From Dubosiella newyorkensis (GTDB taxonomy: Bacteria > Bacillota_I > Bacilli_A > Erysipelotrichales > Erysipelotrichaceae), in NCBI RefSeq assembly GCF_001945605.1, contig NZ_MPKA01000113.1:34360-66359 (forward strand): a DNA stretch of 32,000 nt, read 5' to 3'. Every line of letters starts with the position of its first letter. Positions within the stretch are counted from its first letter, which is position 1. The notes beneath the pieces are model-generated. The model was not told the origin of the DNA, did no database searches, and was given only the letters and a program-made list of their open reading frames with translations. Of the stretch, positions 1 to 8,314 are shown piece after piece. Both the position numbers and the translations under genes were made by a program.

Positions 1-2
1 AT

Positions 3-605
3 TTCGCTAAGAAAAATGAAATCATCGTTCTGCACGATAATGCGTATTCGGAACTCGTCTTCGACGAACAGCCAGGAAAAAGCTTTCTCGCTTTTCCGGA
101 CGCAAAAGAAGTGGGTTTCGAACTCAATTCGTTTTCGAAATCGTATTCGATGGGAGGCGCTCGCCTCGCCGTTTTTGTCGGAAATAAAGAATGTATCAAG
201 CTTTATAAAAAGTTGATCAATACGATCGATTTCCAAGCGTTCTTCGCGGTTCAAAAGGCAGGTGTGGAAGCGTTGAAGCTTCGGGATGAATTTGTTCCTG
301 GACTTCGTCAAGAATACAAGCGCCGAAGAGATTTCTTGATCGATCGCATGAAAGAGGCAGGGTGGGAGATCACTCCGCCAGAGGCGACCATGTTCGTATG
401 GGCGAAGATTCCCGACCATTATGAAGACAGCGCTCAATTCAATAACGATCTTCTAAAAAAAGCGGGTGTTTTAGCCAATGCAGGAACGAGCTTTGGAAAG
501 CAAGGAAAACGCTATGTACGGTTCGCACTCGTAAGAGATGATGAAGAAGTACGAGAAGCGGCTAAGCGGATCAAAGAATCCGGTATTTTGAATGTGAATT
601 CATAA
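3..605 (+). CDS. PLP-dependent class I/II aminotransferase, C-terminal part (5' end outside the window)
   Basis: The frame is open from the window edge and in frame with track ORF 111..605. It translates FAKKNEIIVLHDNAYSELVF...NSFSKSYSMGGARL, which carries the SxSK PLP-lysine motif, with the conserved Arg near the C-terminus (RYVRFAL). A hairpin terminator follows. Confidence 0.85.
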   Translation, partial: FAKKNEIIVLHDNAYSELVFDEQPGKSFLAFPDAKEVGFELNSFSKSYSMGGARLAVFVGNKECIKLYKKLINTIDFQAFFAVQKAGVEALKLRDEFVPGLRQEYKRRRDFLIDRMKEAGWEITPPEATMFVWAKIPDHYEDSAQFNNDLLKKAGVLANAGTSFGKQGKRYVRFALVRDDEEVREAAKRIKESGILNVNS

Positions 606-637
606 AAGAAAACGTAAAAAAGCGTATCTTGGAAATT

Positions 638-668
638 AGGAAGAGTAGTCTATATTCTTCCTTTTTTG
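638..668 (+). terminator. Rho-independent terminator after the aminotransferase gene
   Basis: AGGAAGA (638-644) pairs with TCTTCCT (656-662) and is followed by a T-run. Confidence 0.7.
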
Positions 669-706
669 TAGTGAAGAGCTGCGAGTTGACGAAAGAGCAC
701 ACTTGT

Positions 707-1102
707 TCAATGGTTTTTCATCAATCTCAACAATAAGATCGTATTCTGACCTAACCAAAGAATTAAAAGGAAAGAAATGAGCTTGTATTGGATAGCGGAC
801 TCTCCATATTGCATTCCAACAAGGATCGTGATAGGCAAAGAAAGAAGATTCAGCACTCCATAAAAAATAGATAGCCATATCCTTTTAAAAGTGTAAAACG
901 GGACGATCATGCCGGCAATCCATAAACAAAGTGCACCATAAACAAGAGGTACATTCAAGATGAATCGGTTGACAAACATAATCTGAACGACAGGCGCTAA
1001 CGATGCAAAAATCAAAAAGATCCAACTTCCTTTTTTCTTTCGTAGAGATACGTATATGATCAAAAAAACGAGCGCGATTAAAGCATTATATAAAGTATTC
1101 AT
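707..1102 (-). CDS. Small integral membrane protein, function unknown
   Basis: Track ORF 707..1147. I prefer the internal ATG at 1102 (MNTLYNALIAL...) because AAGGAG lies about 7 nt upstream. The sequence is dominated by hydrophobic helices. I recognise no family motif. Confidence 0.5.
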   Translation of the reverse strand: MNTLYNALIALVFLIIYVSLRKKKGSWIFLIFASLAPVVQIMFVNRFILNVPLVYGALCLWIAGMIVPFYTFKRIWLSIFYGVLNLLSLPITILVGMQYGESAIQYKLISFLLILWLGQNTILLLRLMKNH

Positions 1103-1210
1103 CGGATTCTCCTTTTTAAAATTATACAACAAAGAATAAAAAATCATGATCGATAATGTAGGCGAAAAAATTCTTTAAGGAGATGTCTATACTGGTATCT
1201 CCTTTTAAGC

Positions 1211-1268
1211 TTTCCCCTAGAAAAGTGTGAAATACAGTCATATTTTCCCCTAGAAAAATGTAAAACTG
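1211..1268. repeat. Two copies of a 13-14 bp dyad element (TTTCCCCTAGAAAA) spaced 33 bp apart
   Basis: 1211-1235 reads tttcccctagaaaagtgtgaaatac and 1244-1268 reads tttcccctagaaaaatgtaaaactg. Each copy contains TTTC-N5-GAAA. Both lie in the 339-nt untranslated region upstream of the 707..1102 membrane-protein gene. Confidence 0.6.
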
Positions 1269-1441
1269 CTTTATATAAAGTATAAATGCACATAGAACAT
1301 GTAAGAGGAATTCATTGCTTGGAAATGAAGTGCTTTTTATATGTGATTGCGGTCTGATCCTTCAAAATATCGATAATAAAAGAAAAAGACTGCATATCCT
1401 CTAAATATCCACAGTCTAATGAAAGCTCGTTAGAGCTTTTT

Positions 1442-2239
1442 TTATCGCTTTAAAGTTCCACTTGCAAGATCGCCAAAGATTGGTGTAGGCAAACCAAAAC
1501 CACCAGAAACCTCCACGATCTGACCAGTCGTATAGGCCGATTCATCGCTGGCAAAATAAACCACAAGAGCGGCAATCTCTTCTGGATGACCCATCCGCTG
1601 GATCGGAATGTGCTTCAAGAAAAAGTCTCTGAATTCTGGCGATAGGGAGTTGGCGACCGCGTCAGTAGCGGTCATTCCTGGACATACCGCGTTGCAGCGA
1701 ATATTATTTCTCGCTTCTTGAACAGCGATATCTTTCGTCAAATGATTGATCGCAGCCTTGCTCGTTCCATACGCGATCTGAGAAATATCTGGGATCAATC
1801 CACCAATCGAAGAAATGTTGACAATGCTTCCGCCTCCGTTTTTCTTCATATAGGGAATCACTTCTTGCGAAGTGATGAATACGCTTGCTAAATTGACGTC
1901 GATCGTCGCGATAAAATCACTAAAATCTGTGCCTTCGATATCTTTATCCTTTGTTGGATCGCTCGTTCCAAAATTGTTTACAAGAACATCGATCTTTCCT
2001 TCTTGCTCGATGACAGTCTGAACCATCGAATGATAAGAAGCGTGAGCGTAAGCGTCGCAATAGACGACTTTAACATGGCCTCCTTGAGCATTGAGTTCAT
2101 CGGCAATTTCTTGTGTCGCTTCCACTCTTCGTGCAGCCATATACACATGCGCCCCTTCTTTCGCGCACGCTTTCGAAATCGCTAAACCAATGCCGCGCGT
2201 TGAAGCCGTCACAATGATTACTTTATTTTCAAGTCTCAT
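1442..2239 (-). CDS. Short-chain dehydrogenase/reductase (SDR) family oxidoreductase (FabG/HdhA-like)
   Basis: TASTRGIG glycine-rich NAD(P) motif, NNFG, S...YGTSK catalytic Ser/Tyr/Lys, and PG.T.T. The start is placed at the second ATG (MRLENKV) because AAGAAGG lies 8 nt upstream. The track ORF extends to 2257. Confidence 0.9.
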   Translation of the reverse strand: MRLENKVIIVTASTRGIGLAISKACAKEGAHVYMAARRVEATQEIADELNAQGGHVKVVYCDAYAHASYHSMVQTVIEQEGKIDVLVNNFGTSDPTKDKDIEGTDFSDFIATIDVNLASVFITSQEVIPYMKKNGGGSIVNISSIGGLIPDISQIAYGTSKAAINHLTKDIAVQEARNNIRCNAVCPGMTATDAVANSLSPEFRDFFLKHIPIQRMGHPEEIAALVVYFASDESAYTTGQIVEVSGGFGLPTPIFGDLASGTLKR

Positions 2240-2328
2240 ACTAATACCTTCTTTCACGATACATTCTAAAGACTTTCTTAAAGAAACGCAATGAAAGCGT
2301 TTAACTTTTTATAAAAACAAGATAGATC

Positions 2329-2349
2329 AAAAAAAGACGCTTTCGCGTC
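2329..2349 (-). terminator. Rho-independent terminator after the DUF362 gene
   Basis: The minus strand reads GACGC-gaaa-GCGTC followed by TTTTTTT. Confidence 0.75.
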
Positions 2350-2355
2350 CTTTTC

Positions 2356-3267
2356 TTAATTCTCTTCATCAATATCGATCAATTCGTATTCTTTGCTTCC
2401 ATACCCTAGCTTAGCAGCCGTATCGATCGTATGCCGACCATTTCTAGATTCTACACGTTCAACAAAATGATCACGGCCAGGATCTTTCGAGTTATACACC
2501 ATATCGATACAAGCTTGATCGATCGCTACAGGATCTGTCGAAATCATGATCCCGATATCTTTCATGCAAGGATCTTCCGCCACATGGCAACAATCACAAT
2601 CTACAGACAAGTTGACCAAAGCGTTGATATACACCACATTGTCTTTGAAATAGTCATGAACCGTTTCAGCAGCTTCTGCCATCGCCTCTAAAAACTCGTC
2701 GTGATCGATCTCTTTTTCCCAAGCGTCCTTGATATCGGTCGACTGACCAGTCGAGTGGATCCAGCATTTTCCAGCTGAAGAAGCGCAACCGATCGACAAC
2801 TGTTTCAAAGCGCCGCCATAACCACCCATCGGATGCCCTTTAAAATGCGAAAGAACAAGCAGGCTATTGTATTTGCTCAAATCTTTGCCCACAAAATTCT
2901 CTTTTAGAATGTTTCCTTTCGGAACCTCTAAAACAAGATCAGGCCCTTCTGAATCCAAAATATCAATGTCAAAATTCTCGCTCCAGCCATGCTCTTTCAT
3001 GACCTTCATATGGCTTTCGGTATTGAAACGATGACCACCCATGTCATGTCCATACGCCGTGTTGCATTCGACCACTGTGCCATTTACATGATCGATGATC
3101 GGTTTAACAAACTCAGGACGCAAATAGTTTTGATTGCCCCGCTCGCCTGAGTGCAGCTTCACGGCCACGTTTCCTTTTAGGTCTTTGCCTAATTTTTCAT
3201 ACAAACGAACTAAACTTTTCGATCCAGTGTCTTTTGTAAAATAAACTTTTGATTTTGCCATTATCAT
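2356..3267 (-). CDS. DUF362-domain protein (uncharacterised, putative Fe-S-associated)
   Basis: The N-terminus KVYFTK...VAVKLHSGE...LRPEFVKPI and the C-terminal DCDCC...D cluster look like DUF362 from memory. An alternative start at ATG 3261 has better SD spacing. Confidence 0.6.
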   Translation of the reverse strand: MIMAKSKVYFTKDTGSKSLVRLYEKLGKDLKGNVAVKLHSGERGNQNYLRPEFVKPIIDHVNGTVVECNTAYGHDMGGHRFNTESHMKVMKEHGWSENFDIDILDSEGPDLVLEVPKGNILKENFVGKDLSKYNSLLVLSHFKGHPMGGYGGALKQLSIGCASSAGKCWIHSTGQSTDIKDAWEKEIDHDEFLEAMAEAAETVHDYFKDNVVYINALVNLSVDCDCCHVAEDPCMKDIGIMISTDPVAIDQACIDMVYNSKDPGRDHFVERVESRNGRHTIDTAAKLGYGSKEYELIDIDEEN

Positions 3268-3334
3268 AGATCCTTTCTGCTATGTATGTTCTATTTTAAT
3301 AATAGGCTTTAAACTTCACTCCAAGCAAGAAAAA

Positions 3335-3691
3335 CTATGTATTTTCTTGATCCGCAAGATCTTTCTCTTCCTCCATCAACAAAGAACCCCATTCGGAAAA
3401 TTCTTTCAAGATCGGCAAAAGTTTTAAAGAAATTTCTGTCAGCGAATATTCTACCCGAGGAGGGATCTCATTATATTGATGGCGTACGATCAACCCCTCC
3501 TGCTCCATATCTTTCAGCGTGTTTGAAAGCATCATATTCGTAATCCCAAGAGCCCTTTTCAACTCATTATAGCGAAGCGTTCCATTGACACTCAAAACAT
3601 AGATCGTCGGAAGTTTCCATTTTCCTTCGATCGCCCGACAAGCGTAGCGCATCGAACAATCTTCGCTCGCATAAACGATGAGCTTTTTCAT
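3335..3691 (-). CDS. HxlR/DUF24-family winged-helix transcriptional regulator
   Basis: C-x(n)-GKWK motif, RYNELKR..I....LS..LK.ME..GLI.R......PPRVEYSLTE. Size is 118 aa. Confidence 0.85.
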   Translation of the reverse strand: MKKLIVYASEDCSMRYACRAIEGKWKLPTIYVLSVNGTLRYNELKRALGITNMMLSNTLKDMEQEGLIVRHQYNEIPPRVEYSLTEISLKLLPILKEFSEWGSLLMEEEKDLADQENT

Positions 3692-3793
3692 CCAATCATC
3701 CTTTCATTCGAGTAAACTTTAACACAAATTGAGCCCAATTATCAAAAAGATGATTAAATATAAAAAAAATATTAGGTATTAAAACTAGAAGTA

Positions 3794-3822
3794 TTGACAA
3801 AAAACATACTTAATGTGATAAT
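3794..3822 (+). promoter_or_regulatory. Sigma-A type promoter for lon
   Basis: TTGACA (3794-3799), a 17-nt spacer ending in TGT, then GATAAT (3817-3822). It lies about 48 nt upstream of the lon ATG. AGAGAGG serves as the RBS. Confidence 0.55.
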
Positions 3823-3870
3823 GATACTCGACTCAGAAACGAAATTTGAGTACTGGAAAGAGAGGAAATT

Positions 3871-6216
3871 ATGGAATACGAAAATCAAACATTTTCAGCT
3901 CCTGTATTGCCTGTATTAGGCACGCTCCTATTACCAGGCACTACGATACAATTTAAAAATCTAAACAAACACGATATACAACGACTCAACTATGGAACAT
4001 TCGTCGCTCTTCCTGTTAAGGGAGAAGCGCATAAAGATCATTGGGAAGCTTCCGATTTCTATCGGACCGGCGTCACTTGCGAAATCGTAAGTGTATATGA
4101 GAACGAGCACAACGAAACGATGGTCAAAGCGCGCACGCTTGATCGCATTTCGACAAACCAAGTATTCGATGGACGCTATCCATCATGCACTTACGAGATC
4201 GCTTATGAAGAAGAGGATCTGAGCGAACGCTCGATCATCGACATGCTCACCTATATCAAAGACACCGTTCGGGAAATGAGCGCTTCGTTCCGCGGAGGAG
4301 AGTGGATCGCTAATCGGACAGATAGTTATACGGACATCAATCAGCTCATCACATTCTTGGCTCAATACATGCCACTCTCTCAAAACGAAAGAAATGAACT
4401 GTTAGTCCAGACAAGTCTCAAACAAAGAAGTCTGCAATTTATCGACTTGCTGCTGCGTCAAAAAGAGATCTTGGCACTCAACTTACAAATGAACGAAAAG
4501 TTCTCGAACGAAGCCAATAAATACTACCGCCAGCAAGCGCTTAGAAAACAGTTGGAAACGATTCAAAAAGAATTGAACGAAGAAAACGAAGATGGAGAAC
4601 AGAAAGAGAGCTATGTTCAGCGCATCCAGGCACTCGAAGCGAGCGAGGAAGTTAAAAAATCACTTTTGGAGGACGCGAAGAAGCTAGAAACTGCCGCACA
4701 ACCGGGTACAGAACAAGATGTGCTCCGCAATTATCTTGACTTCGCGCTCTCTTTGCCGTGGAAAGAAGAAGAAATTCACTTCGCCGATCTTAAAGAAGCG
4801 AGAAAGGTCTTGAACGAACGTCATTATGGCATGGACAAAGTCAAAGAACGCATCATTCAGCATCTAGCGATCATGCGCTTAAAAAACTCAAACAAAGGCT
4901 CTGCCTTGCTGCTTGTAGGCCCTCCTGGAACAGGAAAGACATCGTTAGGAAAATCGATCGCCAAAGCGCTCGGAAGAGAATATACGAGAATGTCTTTAGG
5001 CGGTATCAGAGACGAATCCGAGATCCGTGGCCATCGTAGAACATATGTAGGTGCGATGGCTGGACGCGTCCTACAAGCCATCAAACGAGCAGGAACAAAC
5101 GATCCAGTCATGATCTTGGATGAAATGGATAAGATGATGCAAGGCGGATTTTCTGGAGATCCAGCCGCAGCTATGCTCGAAGTGCTCGACCCTGAACAAA
5201 ACGATACGTTCACCGATCACTATTTAGATTTGCCATTCGATTTATCGAACGTCTTCTTTATCGGAACGGCCAATTCGCTCGATACGATCCCAGCTCCTTT
5301 GCTGGATCGAATGGAAGTTATCGAGATCACAAGCTACACTTCGGAAGAAAAATTTCACATTGCTAAAGATCACTTGATCCCGGAAGTTTTGAAAGAGCAT
5401 GGAATCGACGAATCAAGACTAATGATCGAAGATGATGCGATCGAATCGATCATCGAAGAATATACGATGGAAGCGGGATGCCGCGGACTCAAAAAACGCA
5501 TCGCCCAAATCGCGCGAGCCCGATCTGAACAACTCATCGATTCAACAGAATTCATCACGATCAAAAGGGAAGATCTCGAAGATATCCTTGGCTCCAATAA
5601 ACGCCGCCATGAAAAAGTCAAAGAAGCCAATCCTGCAGGTGTCGTGACAGGCCTTGCCTGGACTCCTGTTGGCGGAGAAGTGCTCTTTATCGAAACCACC
5701 GATATGCCAGGAAATGGACAAACGATCATTACGGGCCAACTAGGCGATGTGATGAAAGAATCCGCCCGCATTTCTCTTAGCGTCCTCAAATCAAGACTGC
5801 CACTCGATATGATGAGCTTCGAACAACGAGATATTCATATCCACGTTCCAGCAGGAGCGACGCCAAAAGATGGACCAAGCGCAGGAATCACCTTGTTCAC
5901 CGCGCTCGCCTCGCTTGCCCTCAACAAACCAGTCGATTCAAAGATCGCGATGACAGGCGAGCTTTCACTTAGCGGCGATGTGCTTCCGATTGGCGGATTG
6001 AAAGAAAAACTCTTCGGCGCTCAAAGAGCCGGCATCACAAAAGTCTTGATTCCTTGGGATAATCGCGCTGATTTGAAAGAAGTGCCAGAATCCGTAAAAT
6101 CAAAATTAGAAATCATTCCCGTCCATACAGTCGAGGATGTGCTGCGCGAAACGCTTCAAATCGCGCTGCCACCAATGGAACACCACCTTGTAGATACAAG
6201 CTTTATACGAATGTAA
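3871..6216 (+). CDS. lon: ATP-dependent Lon protease (LonA, endopeptidase La)
   Basis: 781 aa. N-terminal LON domain, Walker A GPPGTGKTS, Walker B ILDEMDK, catalytic Ser in PKDGPSAG, and Lys in GGLKEK. Confidence 0.97.
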   Translation: MEYENQTFSAPVLPVLGTLLLPGTTIQFKNLNKHDIQRLNYGTFVALPVKGEAHKDHWEASDFYRTGVTCEIVSVYENEHNETMVKARTLDRISTNQVFDGRYPSCTYEIAYEEEDLSERSIIDMLTYIKDTVREMSASFRGGEWIANRTDSYTDINQLITFLAQYMPLSQNERNELLVQTSLKQRSLQFIDLLLRQKEILALNLQMNEKFSNEANKYYRQQALRKQLETIQKELNEENEDGEQKESYVQRIQALEASEEVKKSLLEDAKKLETAAQPGTEQDVLRNYLDFALSLPWKEEEIHFADLKEARKVLNERHYGMDKVKERIIQHLAIMRLKNSNKGSALLLVGPPGTGKTSLGKSIAKALGREYTRMSLGGIRDESEIRGHRRTYVGAMAGRVLQAIKRAGTNDPVMILDEMDKMMQGGFSGDPAAAMLEVLDPEQNDTFTDHYLDLPFDLSNVFFIGTANSLDTIPAPLLDRMEVIEITSYTSEEKFHIAKDHLIPEVLKEHGIDESRLMIEDDAIESIIEEYTMEAGCRGLKKRIAQIARARSEQLIDSTEFITIKREDLEDILGSNKRRHEKVKEANPAGVVTGLAWTPVGGEVLFIETTDMPGNGQTIITGQLGDVMKESARISLSVLKSRLPLDMMSFEQRDIHIHVPAGATPKDGPSAGITLFTALASLALNKPVDSKIAMTGELSLSGDVLPIGGLKEKLFGAQRAGITKVLIPWDNRADLKEVPESVKSKLEIIPVHTVEDVLRETLQIALPPMEHHLVDTSFIRM

Positions 6217-6220
6217 TCGA

Positions 6221-6245
6221 AAGTCTGTGAATGCAGACTTTTTTA
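6221..6245 (+). terminator. Rho-independent terminator after lon
   Basis: AAGTCTG (6221-6227) pairs with CAGACTT (6234-6240), followed by a T-run. Confidence 0.8.
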
Positions 6246-6304
6246 TTGACAATATATATCGTTAGACGATATACTATGGGCAGATATTACGAGAAACGAT
6301 ATAT
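6246..6304 (+). promoter_or_regulatory. padR promoter with embedded inverted repeat (candidate PadR auto-operator)
   Basis: TTGACA (6246-6251), an 18-nt spacer, then TATACT (6270-6275). TATATCG (6255-6261) and CGATATA (6267-6273) form a perfect inverted repeat across the spacer and -10. A third CGATATA half-site lies at 6297-6303. Confidence 0.55.
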
Positions 6305-6318
6305 TGAGAGGTGATACA

Positions 6319-6651
6319 ATGGGCAATGAACCACAACAACCATTAACTGAATCGATCTTCTATATTTTGTTAGCGCTCCATACGCCAAATCATGGCTATG
6401 GGATCATTAAAGAAGTCGAAACTCTGACCAATGGAAGAGTGATCATGGGCGCAGGCACATTATATGGAGCCATCAAAACACTGCTGAAAAAAAAGTGGAT
6501 CCGGCTGTATGCCGATACGAACGATAGCCGCAATAAAAAAGAGTATGTGATCACACCATTAGGAAAAGAAATTTTTTCTGCCGAAGTCAATCGACTCGAG
6601 GAACTTGTCGCCAACGCAAAAAAGAAGGAGAAAGAGCATGAAGAAGTTTAA
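6319..6651 (+). CDS. PadR-family transcriptional regulator
   Basis: Contains ILLAL....HGYGI......T.G......GTLYGA...L.....I. GAGAGG lies 7 nt upstream of ATG 6319. The TTG at 6304 in the track is unlikely to be the start. Confidence 0.9.
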   Translation: MGNEPQQPLTESIFYILLALHTPNHGYGIIKEVETLTNGRVIMGAGTLYGAIKTLLKKKWIRLYADTNDSRNKKEYVITPLGKEIFSAEVNRLEELVANAKKKEKEHEEV

Positions 6652-7315
6652 GCTGTATTTTGATAAAGATGAAGAAGTGAAATGGCTCAACGAAATGACT
6701 GAGCAAGGATGGGAATGCACCGATTTTAAAGGTGGGTTTTATTCATTCAAGCCTTGTTTGCCAGGCGAATGGTTGTATGAAGCGGATCTCAACGATCATG
6801 GATTCATTCTTTCCAAAGAATATCGAGAGCTTCTCAAAGACAATAAGATCAATGTGATCTGTACGTGGGGTTTTTGGTTCTTGGCAAAACGAAAAGCTCA
6901 ATACGGTCCATTTCAATTGTATACAGATCTAGAATCCAAGATCTTGCAGTATAAAAAGATCAGAAACATGTTTTTAGGGGCAGGGTTAGTGGAATTGATC
7001 TGCTTCTATGTCGAAATGTTCGCGTTCCAAGAAATGAAACAATGGTATTTTTTTGTTTTCTCGGCGCTGTTGTTGGGATTGTTTTATGTATTGTGGAAGG
7101 CAGGCCTGAACATGAAAAACAAGATCGCCGCTTTGGAAGGAAAGGAAGTAACAGATCCTAGCTCCATTCACTCTCTTATGGGGGCGGTTCTTGTTACCTG
7201 CATCGCAATGCTTCTAAGAAACTATATTCCTCATCTTTTGTATCTATTTATTTTGGTCGCTTGCATCGTTGTAGAAATTGTATTGACGATCAAGATCAAA
7301 AAGGAGAATGAATGA
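6638..7315 (+). CDS. DUF2812-domain membrane protein (usual partner of PadR regulators)
   Basis: N-terminus MKKFKLYFDKDEEVKWLNEMTEQGWECTDFKGGFYSFKP, followed by C-terminal TM helices. AAGAAGGAG RBS. The start overlaps the padR 3' end. The track start at 6605 is rejected. Confidence 0.75.
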   Translation: MKKFKLYFDKDEEVKWLNEMTEQGWECTDFKGGFYSFKPCLPGEWLYEADLNDHGFILSKEYRELLKDNKINVICTWGFWFLAKRKAQYGPFQLYTDLESKILQYKKIRNMFLGAGLVELICFYVEMFAFQEMKQWYFFVFSALLLGLFYVLWKAGLNMKNKIAALEGKEVTDPSSIHSLMGAVLVTCIAMLLRNYIPHLLYLFILVACIVVEIVLTIKIKKENE

Positions 7316-7809
7316 AGATCTTGATCGCTTCCGATTCCCATCAAAAAAGTCAAGTATGGATGGACGCACTCAAAAAAAAGTATCCTGACATGGATCTATA
7401 TTTACATGCTGGAGATCTTGACGACATTCCAACGAATGGCTGGAAAGTCGTAGCTGGGAATGTCGATCGAAAAGCGAACAGAAAGTTTCCTTGCCAGCAA
7501 ATCATCGAAATAGGAAAGCATCATATCCTTCTAGTGCATGGTGATCTTTTTGAAGCGAAGACGAGGATCGATCAACTTGCCGACCTAGCTCAAAAAGAAG
7601 CGTGCGACATCGTTGTATTTGGACATTCGCATACGCCGCTACAAGAAAAAAGGGAAGGGATCTTATTTTTGAATCCTGGTTCTTTGATCCGTCCCAGAAA
7701 TAAGACAGCGACCGGTTTTATGATCTTGGATACCGATACGATGAAAGTAAATCGCATTGAAGCAACTCTAGGAAGCAATGGAATAGTCGTAGGGCCTCAT
7801 TCGGTTTAG
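7312..7809 (+). CDS. YfcE/MJ0936-family metallophosphoesterase
   Basis: Contains DSH, AGDL, GN.D, HGD and GHSH motifs in the canonical order. An ATGA overlap links it to the upstream gene. Confidence 0.85.
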   Translation: MKILIASDSHQKSQVWMDALKKKYPDMDLYLHAGDLDDIPTNGWKVVAGNVDRKANRKFPCQQIIEIGKHHILLVHGDLFEAKTRIDQLADLAQKEACDIVVFGHSHTPLQEKREGILFLNPGSLIRPRNKTATGFMILDTDTMKVNRIEATLGSNGIVVGPHSV

Positions 7810-7842
7810 TATGGAAATATATAATAAAGGAGATCAAATGCA

Positions 7843-8166
7843 ATGAGTTTACTTCAAATTCAAGGGGTACAAGATTATGAGAGGATCGTCCATGAATATC
7901 CAAATGTCGTGGTAGAATTTTTTGCGACTTGGTGTCCGCATTGCCAAGCGATGCAGCCCGATGTAGAACAAGCAGCCGAGCAATTTGAACAAGTCGTGAT
8001 CGCGCAAGCAGACGTCGATCAAAATGAAGAATTGTGCGATGCGTTCAATGTGCAAGGAACGCCGACATTCATCTTTGTCAAAGATGGCAAACCTGTTTTA
8101 GATACGGTTGGCCAAATTTCGTATGAAGATCTAGTCGATTTTATCCAAAAAGGAGAAAGCAAATAA
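7843..8166 (+). CDS. Thioredoxin-family protein (WCPHC active site)
   Basis: 107 aa. Contains F.A.WCPHCQ, GTPT.IF and G. AAGGAG lies upstream. Confidence 0.9.
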   Translation: MSLLQIQGVQDYERIVHEYPNVVVEFFATWCPHCQAMQPDVEQAAEQFEQVVIAQADVDQNEELCDAFNVQGTPTFIFVKDGKPVLDTVGQISYEDLVDFIQKGESK

Positions 8167-8191
8167 AAAAAGAGCAAGCGCTCTTTTTTTT
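8165..8191. terminator. Bidirectional hairpin terminator (thioredoxin operon and fba)
   Basis: AGAGC-aagc-GCTCT flanked by an A-run and a T-run, sitting between convergent genes. Confidence 0.75.
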
Positions 8192-8314
8192 AGACAGATC
8201 AGATCGATACGGAAGTGTTGTAACGAAGGTCTGCCTTCCCTTTCTAATATAGATCTTCCTGTCTTTCACTTATTATCGTATCAGAATTTTTATATAAGTA
8301 AAGCAATAGAAATA

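Noticed and set aside
1211-1268. CRISPR-like repeat-spacer organisation (two ~25-bp repeats with 33-bp periodicity)
   Set aside because: - Only two imperfect copies are present.
- There are no cas genes or leader, and the spacer is only about 8 bp.
- It is treated as a regulatory direct repeat instead.
3823-3860. Heat-shock operator (CIRCE or CtsR box) upstream of lon: tACTC-N18-GAGTa inverted repeat
   Set aside because: - It is only a 5-bp arm with the wrong spacing and sequence compared with CIRCE (TTAGCACTC-N9-GAGTGCTAA).
- No GGTCAAA direct repeat for CtsR is present.
4857-5789. Antisense ORFs inside lon (4857..5213, 5370..5789, 5542..5739 on the minus strand; 5432..5647 in another plus frame)
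   Set aside because: - They lie entirely within the strongly supported lon reading frame.
- They have no RBS and no recognisable motif.
- Their composition is low-complexity and Ser/Pro/Arg-rich, typical of shadow frames.
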